Shown: positions 13,197 through 27,039, counted from the first letter of the stretch. The stretch: DNA of 64,000 nt from Octopus bimaculoides (GCF_001194135.2 NC_068990.1:93096426-93160425); one strand, 5' to 3'. Numbers and translations: made by a program. The notes: a model not told the origin generated them from the sequence alone.

Positions 13197-14104
13197 CGAT
13201 CCTCAAGAGACCTGCCTGAGCAGCACAACCTCGGCTGCCTAAAGACGGTTCTCTCTCAATTCAAATATCTGAAGCCTTCACAAACTTCCAGTTTAATGCC
13301 ATTTTGTGAGTAGGAAGTCCCCAACGTTACAGTCCTGTTAACAGAGGACTTTAAGGGTTTAGTGTGTGTGTGTGTGTGTGTGGTGGGGAGCAATTGCATT
13401 TCAGTTTCCCCATGAATTTGGCAATGGTAAAGAGTCTCAGACAATTGGATGATAGCAAACAGTTGCAGTCGTCATCTGCCATCTAACTGTTGAAACTATG
13501 GCATTCATTTCTGCCTCTTCCGCCAGACTTCCTCATCACCCTGCTTTGAATGGTAACAGTGGTTATTTGCACTTAGTCAGGGTCCCACTTTTGTCTCCTT
13601 AAAGAAGTATTTACTTAACATCACATTCACAGGATTGACTGTACTATTCTCATAGACAAGGTACAATATAGTACAGTTGTGGCTTCACTGGAGTTTCTCC
13701 ACCCTGATATCTATAAACACAACTACACTGAGGTTACCTCAACCTGGTGACAAAAGCCACAGCTACCCATGCATCTAACAATAGAGTAATACTATGGTTG
13801 CCGTACCCCCTCCTGTGGAGGTGCATGGTTTAGGGGTGACGGCCTGCACCCATGGTCCTAAGATTACGGGTTTGATTTCTAGATAGGGCAATGTGTTGTG
13901 TTCTTGACCAAAACACTTCATTCTACATTGCTTTAGTTCACTCAGTGGCATGAAGAAGTTGTTGTAACTGGCCTGGCAAGCTGACCATGGATAGTGGACC
14001 TGCAAACAAAACAAACAGGGGTCCTCAGTATGGATTGGAGATTCTGCAGTGATGGGCCATAGGCCTACCTGGTTTGGCGTTTTACCTTTTATTCCACACC
14101 CACA

Positions 14105-14385
14105 GAAAAAGTATCCCACTCGGGCAGCAAATTAGACATAACAATATTTATTCCTTTATTACCCACAGGGGGGGGGGGGATAAAAATAGAGGGGACAAAC
14201 AAGGACAGACAAAGGGATTAAGTCGATTACATCGACTCCAGTGCGTAACTGGTACTTATTTAATCAACCCCGAAAGGATGAAAGGCAAAGTCGACCTTGG
14301 TGGAATTTGAACTCAGAATGTAAAGACAGACAAAATACCACTAAGCATTTTGCCTGGCGTGCTAACGATTCTGCCAGCTGACTGC
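14105..14385 (-). mobile_element. tRNA-derived SINE, family S2
   Basis: Head gctggcagaatcgttagcac...ttctgagttcaaattcc and central cctttcggggt.gat.aaataagtaccag. Other copies at ~9829-10055, ~31250-31440, ~34140-34290, ~46560-46720 and ~63650-63829 (+), and ~60113-60322 (-). Confidence 0.8.
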
Positions 14386-17215
14386 TGGTAGAATTGGGGT
14401 TACCCCACATAGTTAGTAATAGACAAAATTATACTATAGTTACTCAACCTTTGTAATAGAAGTCACAGCAATGTGAAGATACCACACATCATCGTCATCA
14501 TCATTGTTTAATGTCCGCTTTCCATGCTGGCATGGGTTGGATGGTTTGACAGACGCTGGCCAGGTAGGAGCCCGCACTAGATTTCTGTGTTTGTTTTGGC
14601 ATGACTTTTACAGCTGGATGCCCTTCCTAACACCAACCATCCAGCAGGGTGGATGGAATGCTTTTCACATGGCACAAGCACAGGCAAGGTCAGTTTTGGC
14701 AAGGTTTTTATAGCTGGATGCCCTTCCAAATGCTAACCACTTTACAGTGTGGACTGGATGTGTTTTGTGTGGCACCAACTCTGTCAGGGTCACCAAGTAC
14801 TTCCAAGACAAAGACCCTAGACTTAGCTAAACTATGTTTATCCCACCCTGATAACAATAGACAACAGTGCTGGGTCTCTCCCACACAGTTAAAAAAGATA
14901 CAGCAATACTGAGGCTGCTTCTCATTGCTAAAGATAGACATTGACAAAGCTATGCCATCATGCTAAGCAAGAGATCAACATAACCGTTTGATGTTAATTA
15001 TTCCAAATATTATTTTGTTTGATTAATTAATTTTTGCATCCAAAATTCTGATAATTCTGTCATATTCCTTTTGGTGTGTCTGTGTGCGATCTTTAGTGAA
15101 GATCCGCTTCTAATAATTCTATTTAATTTGTTCTTTAACGATAAAAACAGTTGGACCATCATTGCTGGCAACATTTCACTATTTGGGACATTCTCAAAGA
15201 GACAGAAGGTTATCTCAGAGATTCTAGTAACCACCTGCTGGTGTGGTAAGGGTAGAGGTACTGGGGGTGGCGGTGGTACTGATAATAGTGGGTGGCATTG
15301 GTGATGGTGATGGTAAGGGTATTGGTGGCAGGGGTGGTGGTGAGGATAATAGCAGTGGGAAAATGGTGTTGATGGCAGTATTAATGGTGGTGGCAATTAT
15401 AGCTGTAGAGGTGGGAGATAGGTGATGACGGGGTGGAGTGGGGGTGGTGGCAGTAGTGTGCTAACAGCAGCAGCAGCAGTAGTTAATGTATAGAGCCATT
15501 GAGTAGTGACCTAGAAACACAGCTTTGACCTGTTTGTTCCCATCAATTCTACTTCATCAGTGCCAGACTCTCTCTCTCCCTCTCTCTTTCTCTAATTAAT
15601 TTACATCATCATCATCATCATCATCATCACCACCAACAACAGCAACAATAATGCCAGCCTTGGCACCAGACCAACCCACATAACGAGGTGGGTGGATGGA
15701 GCACCTGACTAGATTCTTCATGTTCTTTAGCTTCTTATTATTTTCGCAGATCAATGGCTGCTAAGGCAGTAATAACTGTTGCTTAACCCCAGGTCACTGG
15801 TCACCCAGCAGACTTATGCTAAAAGCCACTCTAGACGTGACCACCCTGTCTTCTTCTATATTTAGGACAATATTGTTGAGCATGCTTTTCTATTATTTTT
15901 TTTCAATGGTAGGGTTTGAATTGAGGGAGATTTAGCTGCTACTTCTAGCTGGTTATGTAGGAACTCTCTCTTTAAACTTATTTTTCCTGTTGTGGTGTTG
16001 GTGAGGTCGTGTGTGTAGTCAGTCATCTGCTAGAAATAACTGCCGACATTTCCTTGAAGACAAAGGTCAAATGACAGACACCCAAACACACCAACAATGT
16101 TTCATAACACAAGCTGAGGTAATATGTACACAGTCAATCATCTGCCCTAAAACAAAAATGTGAACACGCACACACAAACACACACACACACACATATATA
16201 TAATACAAATATTATGTGAGTATATGCATATATACTACGTACATGTATGTACATACCTACATCTACATGTATATATAGATGCATATCTGTGTACAGGACG
16301 TCACAAAAAAAAAAACGTGGACAAAATGAAAAACGAGAACATAAACAAAGCACAGAAAACAAACTTTTTTTCGGACAATGGTAGGAACACACAGGAAGGG
16401 CTTTTTTCAGTTTCCATCTACCAAATCCATTCACAAGGTTTTGGTCGGCCCAAGGCTATAGCAGAAGACACTTGCCCAAGGTGCGACACAGTGGGACTGA
16501 ACCTGGAATCATGTGGTTGGGAAGCAAGCTACTTAACACACAACCATATATATATATGTATATGTTTGTCCCCTCCCCCCATCATTGACAACCAATGTTG
16601 GTGTGTTTACATCCCCATAACTCAGTGGTTCAGCAAAAAATACCGATAGAGTAAGTACTAGGCTTACAAAGAATAGATCCTGGGGTTAATTTCTTCAACT
16701 AAAGGCAGTGCTCCAGCATGGTCGCAGTCAAATGACTGAAACAAATAAAAGAATAAAAGAATAACGTGTTTGGCAATGCAGAATGGTAACAAGAGTCTGG
16801 TTGTTGGTGCATTATTCGTTTCTCGTTTGATATTTTATTCTGATCTCAGCTGTAAACTATGTCATCTCATTGTTGTTGTACAGCAATTTTAATGAGTCAA
16901 TTAGTTGGAATGAAAAGTTGCTTTGTTTCTCAAGTTTTACAATAATTATAAAATTTATCATAAAAATTCAACGGCAGAGATATAAAAATTATGAAACCTT
17001 GACAAAAATGCAACAAAAATACAGCTGATTCATGACTTATGATTAATCACTACCATCTAAATAGTCGTGATTAAACATATTTCAGTCTGGTAAATAATGC
17101 TGCAGACATGGAATGGCAATTTTACCACTAAACAAAGAATCCTTCACAAATTTTCAGTATTTTCATTTTCATGTATTTTTCGATTTCAAAATATTCCCTT
17201 ATATTTCATAATTTA

Positions 17216-17498
17216 CAGTTCTATATTTAAGAGATGAAGAATTATGTACATTAGTTACATTCGATGGACATATGATGTAGTGGTTAAGAGCGTGGGCTAC
17301 TAACCCCAAGATTCCGAGTTCGATTCCAGGCAGTGACCTGAATAATAATAATAATAATAATATTAATAATAACATTGAAAAATACCTTAGGAATGAGAAT
17401 CCAGGTTCGAAATTTCCCCAAGACACCAGATGAAGGCTAGAGGGTATATCAGCTGAAATGTTCCGTCAAATGTAAATAATGTAAATAATGTACATAAT
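17216..17498 (+). mobile_element. tRNA-headed hammerhead element (family A), degenerate, preceded by an inverted copy of its own tail
   Basis: Order is inverted tail (17216-17268), tRNA-like head with B box GTTCGATTCC, (AAT)n, decayed hammerhead (acac-CAGAUGA-a-GGCUA..CAGCU-GAAA-UGUU), forward tail. Confidence 0.8.
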
Positions 17499-17758
17499 TT
17501 GTTATTTTTATGTGATTTTGTAACTTTGAATTCTGTAAATCTTAGGTTTGTTATATTGAGAAATGTAAGTTATCATGAAACTTAAAGGTGTAAAGCGGTT
17601 TTAGTTTGGTCAGAGGAAATCATGTGACCTAAAGGGATTTAGAAAGTCACATGTGAATAACTTTTTTTATCTGAAATCTCTTTAAAACATTTAATCCTTG
17701 AAAACATATTCTCCACAGATGATTGGTAACACTTGGTAACACTTCCACCTCCCCTCAG

Positions 17759-17813
<55 letters not shown>

Positions 17814-18057
17814 TATTTTTTACTTGCTTCAGTCATTAGAGTGTGGCCATGCTGGGGTACTGCCCTAAATACTTAGTTGAACAAATCACCCCCAGTACTT
17901 TAAGCCTGGTACTTATTCTATTGGTCTCTTTTGCCAAACTGCTAAGTTACGAGGATGCAAACTCATCAACACCAGTTGTAAAGCAGTGGCAGGGGCAAAC
18001 AAAGACACACACACATAGATATATATATATACATACACATATATATATATTTATATG

Positions 18058-18088
<31 letters not shown>

Positions 18089-19656
18089 ATATATATATGT
18101 ATGTATATATATATAAAGCTGTACCTTTTTAATTACAGGTAGACTCCACCTGACAAGTTTCTTCTCTTCTGTTTCCTTACTCTCCTCTACCATTTGGTTT
18201 TTCCCTTTCCCAAGCTCTTCTCTATTAATATTCCACTCCCACTCCTCCTCTTTATCTCCTCCCCCTCTACTGATTCCCAGCTGCTTGTTCTTCTTCCTCT
18301 TGTTTCTCTTTACTCTCTCTCTACCGATTATTCTTTTTCTCCTTACTTCCATGCTCTTCCTCCGCTGATTCTCTGCTGCCATTCTACTGATTCTCTGCTG
18401 TTTCACTACAAGCTTCTTTATCTGCTCAAGTCATTGCACTGTTAAATAATCTTCTTTACAACCATTAAAAGATAATATCAATACGAGTGAAGTAGCAGAA
18501 TTAAACAGACACAAAATGAAAACAAACTGTGGCTTAACTTCTTATATTTTGTTGATTCCATAAAATGACTAGTTTTTAACTGAGAAACGCTTTGCTATTC
18601 TAAATTTCTTTTTGAGTCATTTTGTGGTTAACATTGATGCATACAATCAGAAACTTAACAAAATTTATGCCAACTTTGAATTGCAACTGTCAAAAACCTC
18701 TTATCTTACAAATATTTAGAGTTTTGAACAAAATTTTTTCTACATTAAATTTTGGAATTAGATTTGCTACAACATGTGTGGATCCATATTTTCATATCAT
18801 CCTGGCTCTTTCAAGATCATAAATATAAGATGTGGTGACTGGATCAGTTATTTTGCATTTAGTGGAAATTTATTTCCAGTTAAGAGTAATCTGGTTTCCG
18901 TTCTTGGTTGCTGCGACTTCAAATCATTTACGCTGTTAATCCCTCCATCAAATTGATATTACCTGTACAGGTGCACAAGTGTACCACACGTCAGATGTCG
19001 AAAATGATTGTAGAACAACGTAAAATGAAGTGTTTTACTCAAGAACACAATGTGCTGCTGGGTATGGGAATTGAATCCATGACATAGCGATCATGAGTGC
19101 AATACCCAAACCACTTGGCCACGCACCTTCCCACTCTCAGAATCATTTTCCTTTCTTTCTTTTTTTCTACATGATTTTATTTGATTTTGTCAATGAACCA
19201 TCTGCTGTATTTATTTCCACGGCCTATCAATGTCCACAGTGATAAGTCATTAAAATAGGTGTCAGGAAGACACACGACAAGAAATGGAAACAAAATTGAA
19301 AGAAGAAAGAGAAAAAATAATAATTCTTTCTTTATTGACCTCAAGGTCTGTGCACAAAAACAAAAGACGACACAACACAAAGGACTGTGGCCATTGACAC
19401 TTAGTGCATGTATATATATACATACAGCATGTGTGATTGTTAAATGTAGCATGGGTCTGATTGTGTATAATGCATGTCTGTTGTATGTAGTTTATGAATG
19501 TTGTATTGTATATAGTGTATGTATATATTATTTGTGTTTATTAAATATAATATGTATATGCTGTGCGTATATGTGTGTGTGTATATGTATATATATTGGA
19601 GCAATGGTGCTAAGCAGTGTTTACATCTAATCACAATTTAGGTTAGTTGAATTATG

Positions 19657-19794
19657 TGTCACACGTTTCAGCTGCTAAAGGCAAACACTGCAGTTACCGT
19701 GGAGAAAAAAATATCTCTTTTTACCATAAGAGAGACGTTTTTTTCTCTACGGTAACGGCAGTGTATTTGCCTGAAGCAGCTGAAATATGTGACA
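19657..19794. repeat. Fold-back inverted repeat / MITE-like
   Basis: Arms of ~65 nt (tgtcacacgtttcagctgct... / ...agcagctgaaatatgtgaca) with 9 substitutions and a 2-nt indel. Confidence 0.85.
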
Positions 19795-19836
19795 AACATA
19801 TTTCAACTAACCTAAATTGTGATATATATATATACA

Positions 19837-19871
<35 letters not shown>

Positions 19872-20055
19872 CGTGCGGGTGACACGTAAAAGCACCCACT
19901 ACACTCTGAGTGGTTGGCGTTAGGAAGGGCATCCAGCTGTAGAAACTCTGCCAAATCAGACTGGAGCCTGGTGTTGCCATCCGGTTTCACCAGTCCTCAG
20001 TCAAATCGTCCAACCCATGCTAGCATGGAAAGCGGACGTTAAACGATGATGATGA
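19872..20055 (+). mobile_element. Short retroposon with an RTE-like (GAT)n tail, family S3
   Basis: ttggcgttaggaagggcatccagctgtagaaa...ccaacccatgctagcatggaaagcggacgttaaacgatgatgat. Copies at ~20590-20893, ~48690-49020 and ~51360-51515 (+), and ~14488-14790, ~36290-36510 and ~58322-58590 (-). Confidence 0.8.
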
Positions 20056-20256
20056 TATATATATATCAGTCGCCATGATTGACCTCTAGCTCCTAAAGTT
20101 CTTTTATTCCCTCTCTGTTTATTTCCTCGTGCTCCTTTCTGTCAAAGAGCGTAGGCTCAAAATGCAAAAGACTTTCTCACCTTCCTGAGCGTTAAACTAA
20201 TACACCTGCTTGTTGTTCATACACCTGTCTTCATCTTTTGTTTTCCTGTAAATTTC

Positions 20257-20329
<73 letters not shown>

Positions 20330-20414
20330 TATGTATATATATACAACAGTAATATGGTGGTGTAATATATTTCAATTCCTTTTCATTTTATATAATGTAG
20401 GGAGGTTAAGGTTT

Positions 20415-20447
<33 letters not shown>

Positions 20448-20892
20448 GTTGTCTATAGTTTGAGTATCTTACTGTATACAGTAATTGTGTGCGTTTGTAC
20501 AGTGTACACAAGATGTATATAGTAAGTGCATAGTATATAGCACATATATACGAAGACTTATTGGGGCAAGCAAAAGCGAAACCGTTAAAGGCACCTGTGC
20601 CCCGCATCACCTTCCTGGCACTTGTGCCAGATCGTGCAGGTGGCATGTAAAATACACCATTTTGAGCGTGGCCATTGCCAGTACCGCCTGACTGGCCTTT
20701 GTGCCGGTGGCACGTAAAAAGCACCCACTACACTCTTGGAGTGGTTGGTGTTAGGAAGGGCATCCAGCTGTAGAAACTCTGCCAGATCAGATTGGAGCTT
20801 GGTGCAGCCATCTGGTTTCACCAGTCCTCAGTCAAATCGTCCAACCCATGCTAGCATGGAAAGCGGACGTTAAACGATGATGATGATGATGA

Positions 20893-20930
<38 letters not shown>

Positions 20931-21272
20931 AGCATTTGTACTTCCGCTGCTACTGTAGCAACCACAATAATCACCATAACACCAACAATCGTTACAACAC
21001 CAGCAACAGCAGCTAGAACAATAAACCCTAACCACCACCACCACCACCACGACAACAAAAACCATGACAACCACCGCCACCGCCACCACCTGAACAACCA
21101 CCCCAGCTACCTCCCACACAACACCAAATATCACAACGTAGCTGATTATTTGATTATTTCCCAAACACATTTCTCCCTCTGTCCTCAACAAGAGAACATT
21201 TCAAGATTACTAATTAGATATTAGCATATTATATTTATCTATGTGTCACTGGCAGATAATATTACATCCATC

Positions 21273-21317
<45 letters not shown>

Positions 21318-21399
21318 ACATGCACGCACACACACACACACACGCACACGCACGCACATGCATGCACACACACATACATACCTACAGATTTATGAATGT

Positions 21400-21435
<36 letters not shown>

Positions 21436-21754
21436 GTGTATGCGTGTGTATTTCCCCCTCTCTTGACACGTGTACAACGAATGTAAACAAAACATTACCT
21501 TTTGCAGGAAGGGCACCATTTGTTTGGAATCATCTGTGAAAGAATGTCCAATGCTTGTTGTTAGACAAGGGAAGGTATTACCTTATTTGGAAATGGGGGT
21601 GGGGTGGATAAGAAGATGCTCCAGACTAAGAAAAGTCTGCTTCAAAACACAGAAAATTGATGATCACACATAATCATACATACATACATACATATATGTG
21701 CACCAGCATGACCGCAGCCACTTGGCTGAAACACATAAATAAATAAATAAATAA

Positions 21755-21804
<50 letters not shown>

Positions 21805-21814
21805 CATATATGTC

Positions 21815-21859
<45 letters not shown>

Positions 21860-22065
21860 GTACACACACACACGTATATATATTGTGTCATCTCATAGAT
21901 AATGCAGTGTTTTCAATTGCATGAACTAAAAGTCGGAAGGGGGTGGGATAAACTACCTGCATCAACTTGCTATGAAAGCAGGTAGTAATTTTACCTTGTG
22001 CTTATTCTTAGTGCAAGTTTTGAAGAGTGCAGTTCGATTTGAACAGTTATTTTTTCAAAGCTATA

Positions 22066-22175
22066 ATGGAAGTGACAAAGGAGCTTATTCAGCATATTTT
22101 GCTTTATGAGTTCAATAAAGGCAACAATGCAATGGAAAGTGTGAGGAATATTAATGCAGTATATGGGGGTTATAC
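22066..22175 (+). mobile_element. mariner transposase N-terminal HTH fragment
   Basis: MEVTKELIQHILLYEFNKGNNAMESVRNINAVYG matches the Mos1/Hsmar-type first helix-turn-helix (R.I.LYEF..G..A....RNI..VYG). Confidence 0.8.
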
Positions 22176-22184
22176 TATAATTCT

Positions 22185-23050
22185 CACCTGGCTTGATGTG
22201 TCTTCTCAAGCAAATTCTCTTCTCACTCACTTGATATCACACTTCTGTGAGATCCACAACCAAGTTCACATTTCACCACCTCCTCTCATTACTTCCTGGG
22301 TCTACCTCTTCCACAGGTTCCCTTCATAGTTAGAGATTGACACTTCTTTATACGGTTGTCCTTGTCCACACATGCATCACATGACCATACCAGCCTAGTC
22401 TTCTCTCTTGCACATTACATCTGATGTCACTCATACCTGATTCTTCTCTCAAGATGCTTCCGCTCTGTCATTTGTGCATACGGACACTGTACATCTAGCA
22501 GAACAGACTTCATTTCTTTCAAGCCTTCCACATGTCCTCTGCAACTACATCCCATGTTTCACTGCCATGTAGCATGGTTGTTCGTACACAGGCATCATAC
22601 AATTTGCCTTTCACTCTGAGGGAGAAGTCCTTTGTTACCAGCAAAGACAGAAACTCTCTGAACTTTGCCCAGCCAGTTCTTATTTTAGCAGCTACACTCT
22701 CAAAGCATCCCCCTCCACTCTTTTGGTCTCCTTGGTAACGGAAGCCATCAACTACTTCTCAGAATCTCTCCAGTCATTTGATGAGGTCTTCTTTTTTCCG
22801 CACATTCCTAGTGTTTATTGTACCTGCACATCTACCACACACAAAGACCACTTTCTATGTTAACCTCCCCCTAGCTTGCACCTGATATCTACAGATTCTA
22901 ACCAATACTGTACGTAACAGATAAATACTTTGTCTTTCGATGTAGGACAGACAAAGATGGCTCATCAACACTAGTCTCGATTCTGTGTTGAGGTATTTCA
23001 TCTGCGACTGAATACCTTTTAACTGTCCCCATAAGCATTGCTTGTAAATC
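22185..23050 (-). mobile_element. RTE-clade LINE 3' region, decayed
   Basis: Minus strand gives RLGWYGHVMHVDKDNRIKKCQSLTMKGTCGRGRPRK (RTE C-terminal motif) and a Cys-rich piece (QARGRLT*KVVFVCGRCAG). Many stops and frameshifts. Confidence 0.85.
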
Positions 23051-23715
23051 AACAGAAGCTAAGGACTTCAGTAAATCACTTCAACTAATTTGCATATTAT
23101 AATACATTCTGGGCTGCTTGTTCAATGAATAAATTACTGAACATTCATAGCATCTTGCTTCAAGCCAATTCAATTTAGTTTTCACTTTATATTGTCTTAT
23201 TTTTCTTATTTCTTTTTTAGTTGTTACTCTTGTATTTTCTATCAACTACTGTAAATATACGAAGCAATTATTGTTACTTTATTATATTTTATTAAATATT
23301 TAGGTCTATCAATATTGTTTCACAAATATATTTATTAATATTATTTCCCACGTTTATAACTTACAATGCTATACTTTGAACGTTAAGTTAAAAATTATCC
23401 AGAAGTAAATGAAATAATCTACTTATAAACACAATTTAATATAATTTTGTTACGACTAACCTAAGCATTTAAAATTCACTTGTTTATGTTTTCTACTACA
23501 GAATTTACTGTGGGCTATGTGGTTAAGGTGTTTGTTATCCAACCACATGACTTCAGGTTCAGCCCCACCTTGTGGCACTTTGGGCAAGTGTCATGTACTA
23601 TGGCTCTCAAACTTACCAAAGCTGTGTGAGTGAATTTGGCACACAGAAACTGAAAGTAGCCCATTGCATATGTGTGTGTGTGTGTGTATATATATATATT
23701 GGTATTGTCTCATTT

Positions 23716-23756
<41 letters not shown>

Positions 23757-24385
23757 CATGCATCTATGTAATGTACACACACATAGTTGTATATACACAT
23801 ACACATATCTATCTATTTATCTATCTATCTCTCTCTCTATATATATATATATAAATATGTATCTATACATATATATATATACTCACGCATATATTTGCAT
23901 ATAATTCACATCCATGAGAAATCTTCGCACATTGTTAACAATGGTCTTTATCCGTGTGAAGTATGCCTGTATGCACCAGTTCGTGTGATTAGGCAATATT
24001 CTTTCCTGTTTTCTCATTCATAAAATTTTCCATGTTTTTAATTCTTCCTTTTTCTTCTTAATGGTTTTATAGTTTTCCACCTTCAACAATATTAATGGTT
24101 TTAAATCTATCGACAGTAACTTCAAATTCATTACAACTGTTAGCATTGTTTTGTTTTGACTTCGATTCTGATATCATTTTAATCAACTTCATCCGTTTTA
24201 TTCAGCCTCATTCTTCACATTTCAAATTTCTTTCATTCTAACATGATATTCCAAAGAGTATTAATGACATTGCATAATTATCCCCAAAATACTCTTTCTA
24301 CTCTAAATCAGATGTTGACCTTCTTCAAGTACTTTCAGTTCAGGCAGTGGCTATGTTGCTTTTCACCAACACATTTTGGTCGTTT

Positions 24386-24422
<37 letters not shown>

Positions 24423-24506
24423 ATAATTGTTAAAGAGTGCAACAAATGTTAAGGCAAGGCAAACATCTCAAGTCATATGCATTATTATTATTGGAGGAAA
24501 TTCAAA

Positions 24507-24562
24507 GTCTTACAGCTGTTTCTGGGATATCCCAAAGTATGGGATATTCCGTCATCAGAGAC
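24507..24562 (-). ncRNA. Minimal type I hammerhead motif, family B
   Basis: GUCU-CUGAUGA-C-GGAAUAUCCCA uacuu UGGGAUAUCC-CA-GAAA-CAGCUG-UA-AGAC, with intact core and palindromic stem III. Confidence 0.75.
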
Positions 24563-24607
24563 AAATAGGGAAAATGAGAAGGGTATAGATTAATGAAATG
24601 ATGACAT

Positions 24608-24642
<35 letters not shown>

Positions 24643-24739
24643 CATACATACTTACACACACATACATGCATACATACATATCTGTCTATGAGTGTGTTAA
24701 TGTGTATGGGCTGTAAGAAATGACATGGACGTCATATAA

Positions 24740-25225
24740 AGCAAATCCGCTGACAGTGTGATGCGTCTTCAGTGAAGGTGACATCATTCTGCCCCGACAT
24801 CTTTGAACAGAGCCTTAGACTCAATACAGATGGGTATGTGAAGCTGCCGGAAACTGTGGGTCAGTCCCTGGCTGGAAAAGGTTGCTGTTGGAATGCCATG
24901 TGTGTGTGGCAGCAGGATTTGACTCCTCATCGTATTCCAGAAGGAGTAGGAAATGGTTGATGGAGAATTTCTACAACTGCACCAGCCCCAGTTCCTGGCC
25001 ACCAAATCCCTTCCTTCTAATTCTAATCCCATAGATTACTGTGTGGGGCATGGTTGAGAAAGACACCAACCGCTCTGTCTGCAACACCAAGGCTGAACTG
25101 GTGGCCAAGATCAAGGAGGTGTTCAAAGATCTTCCCAGGGACACAGTGAGGAGGAACCTATGTGCCAGATCCCAGAGTCATCTTGACGATGCAGTAAATG
25201 CTGTGAGTGGCTACACTGCATAAGC
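24740..25225 (+). mobile_element. Tc1/mariner transposase catalytic-domain remnant (third acidic residue D; possibly maT/DD37D-like)
   Basis: Frameshifted pieces FSEGDIILP / IFEQSLRLNTDGYVKL / VWQQD / NPIDYCVWGMVEKDTNRSVCNTKAELVAKIKEVFKDLPRDTV. D-D spacing cannot be counted because of indels. Confidence 0.85.
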
Positions 25226-26430
25226 TGTTATCTCCCAGCCATAATCTATATTTTAGGATAGTTTTTAAAACCTTTTTTATTTTTGGATGGGATAGTGTGT
25301 TTTCTTCCCCTTTAGCCTGAACACCCTGTACGACAGAGAGAATTTTATCTAAATTATAAAGATATTTGAGCATATGTGGCAGTGATACATAAACAAGGAA
25401 TATAAAGGCGTGCGTGTGTGTGTGTTGTATGTAAAATGTGTTGAGATGGTGTTGTGATTGTGAAATAAGGGCAGATCTTCAGATGACTTTTTATCAGAGG
25501 AATTTGTCAACAAGTTATATAAAGGAAAAGCTGAACTCAAAAATATTGAAGAAGAGACCATTAGAGATAATGTTAATGTAGTTAGTGCCATGTTGAATTG
25601 ACCCAAGTCAGTTTGCCATAGAAACTAAGGCTAGGAACAACATTATACTACGAGGATATCATTAGAAATTATCAAACATATGTTGTCAGAGGTTACCAGA
25701 TTTCTCCATCAGTGATGCAATCTGATGACACCTTTCTTGGCAGTAATTCCCTACACAGGCAGGTAATTGGACTCATTGTAATTAGCCTTCTTTAATCTGC
25801 ATAATTGCTCTGATACTTTCTGTGTGTGTGTCTCTCTCTCTCTTTCTTTCTCTCTGTCTCTAATCACAGACACCACCAAATGTTTTCCACACTCCACTTT
25901 TGTTTGTTGGTGTTTAGGGTCCTCCCCCCTCTAATTCTCTCCCTGTCCTAATCTTTCGAGGTCAGTCAAATAATGAAAGATTTATTGCAATCTCCCATCA
26001 ATGTAACTTTAGATTTTCCTTCAAGATTGTTGCTGCTATATCTAAAGCTGTACAATCTCCATGGGAACCATTCTGAGACATCAATTCTTCCCTATCTTCT
26101 ATCTCATTTCTCACCATTTCAAATGTTTTACGGAACAATACAAAAATATGATCATCAAATTTTGTTGTTTTTTTTTCCTTCATTTCTTTAGAAAAAAAAT
26201 TCCATTATTTCATTTATTTCCATTCAATAAATACCTGGATTTTTTTCTCTCGTTTCTGATATCGTATATAACATTGCAGTAGTGTTAGGATACCATACTA
26301 ATGTGTACCATTGATGTGCTGTGGGTGGTAGGAGACAGTGTGGTGTGATGTGGGTTGTGAGAGTGTGGTTTAATGAACATCATAGGACAATGGTGGTGGA
26401 CTGAACATGTGGTAGTAAAATAGGTTTTAG

Positions 26431-26830
26431 CAGGAGTGGCTGTGTGGTAAGTAGCTTGCTTACCAACCACATGGTCCTGGGTTTAGTCCCACTGCGTGGC
26501 ACCTTGTACAAGTGTCTTCTACTATAGCCTCGGGCCGACCAAAGCCTTGTCAGTGGATTTGGTAGACAGAAACTGAAAAGAAGCCTGTCGTATATATGTA
26601 TATTTATATATGTGTGTGTGTGTATATGTTTGTGTATCTGTGTTTGTCCCCCCAACATCGCTTGACAACCAAGGGTGGTGTGTTTATGTCCCCATAACTT
26701 AGTGGTTCAGCAAAAGAGAACGATAGAATAAGTACTAGGCTTACAAAGAATAAGCTCTGGGGTCAATTTGTTCGACTAAGGGTGGTGCTCCAGCATGGCT
26801 GCAATCAAATGACTGAAACAAGTAAAAGAG
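26431..26830 (+). mobile_element. Near full-length tRNA-derived SINE, family S1
   Basis: caggagtggctgtgtggtaagtagcttgc... head, internal (TA/TG)n and tail ...caaatgactgaaacaagtaaaagag. Partial copies at ~8700-8850, ~16400-16762, ~47300-47450, ~49075-49222, ~52640-52800 and ~58880-59040. Confidence 0.85.
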
Positions 26831-27039
26831 TATATATTTTTTTAATGTTATGGATTGCTTATAAAAAATACAGAAAAAAATGTACCAAAGTGCATAAGGT
26901 ATACCAGCTATACAGCTTGTGTAATTGTCGAGCATAATTATGGATGATCCTCGATATATTAAGTGTAGTTTCCTAACATAAGTAATTATAGCATGAGTTT
27001 ATAAAACTAACAGAGAAATGTATTCTAAGTATATGCTGT

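Noticed and set aside
17272-17340. tRNA-Ser(ACT)-like gene (also 33550-33614 and 50298-50364)
   Set aside because: There is no pairing acceptor stem and the anticodon stem is weak. It is always embedded in the same repeat, so it is a SINE-type head and not a tRNA gene.
23900-23990. C2H2 zinc-finger-like HTG...C..C on the minus strand
   Set aside because: Spacing is wrong and the frame has stops; too weak despite the known zinc-finger expansion in octopus.
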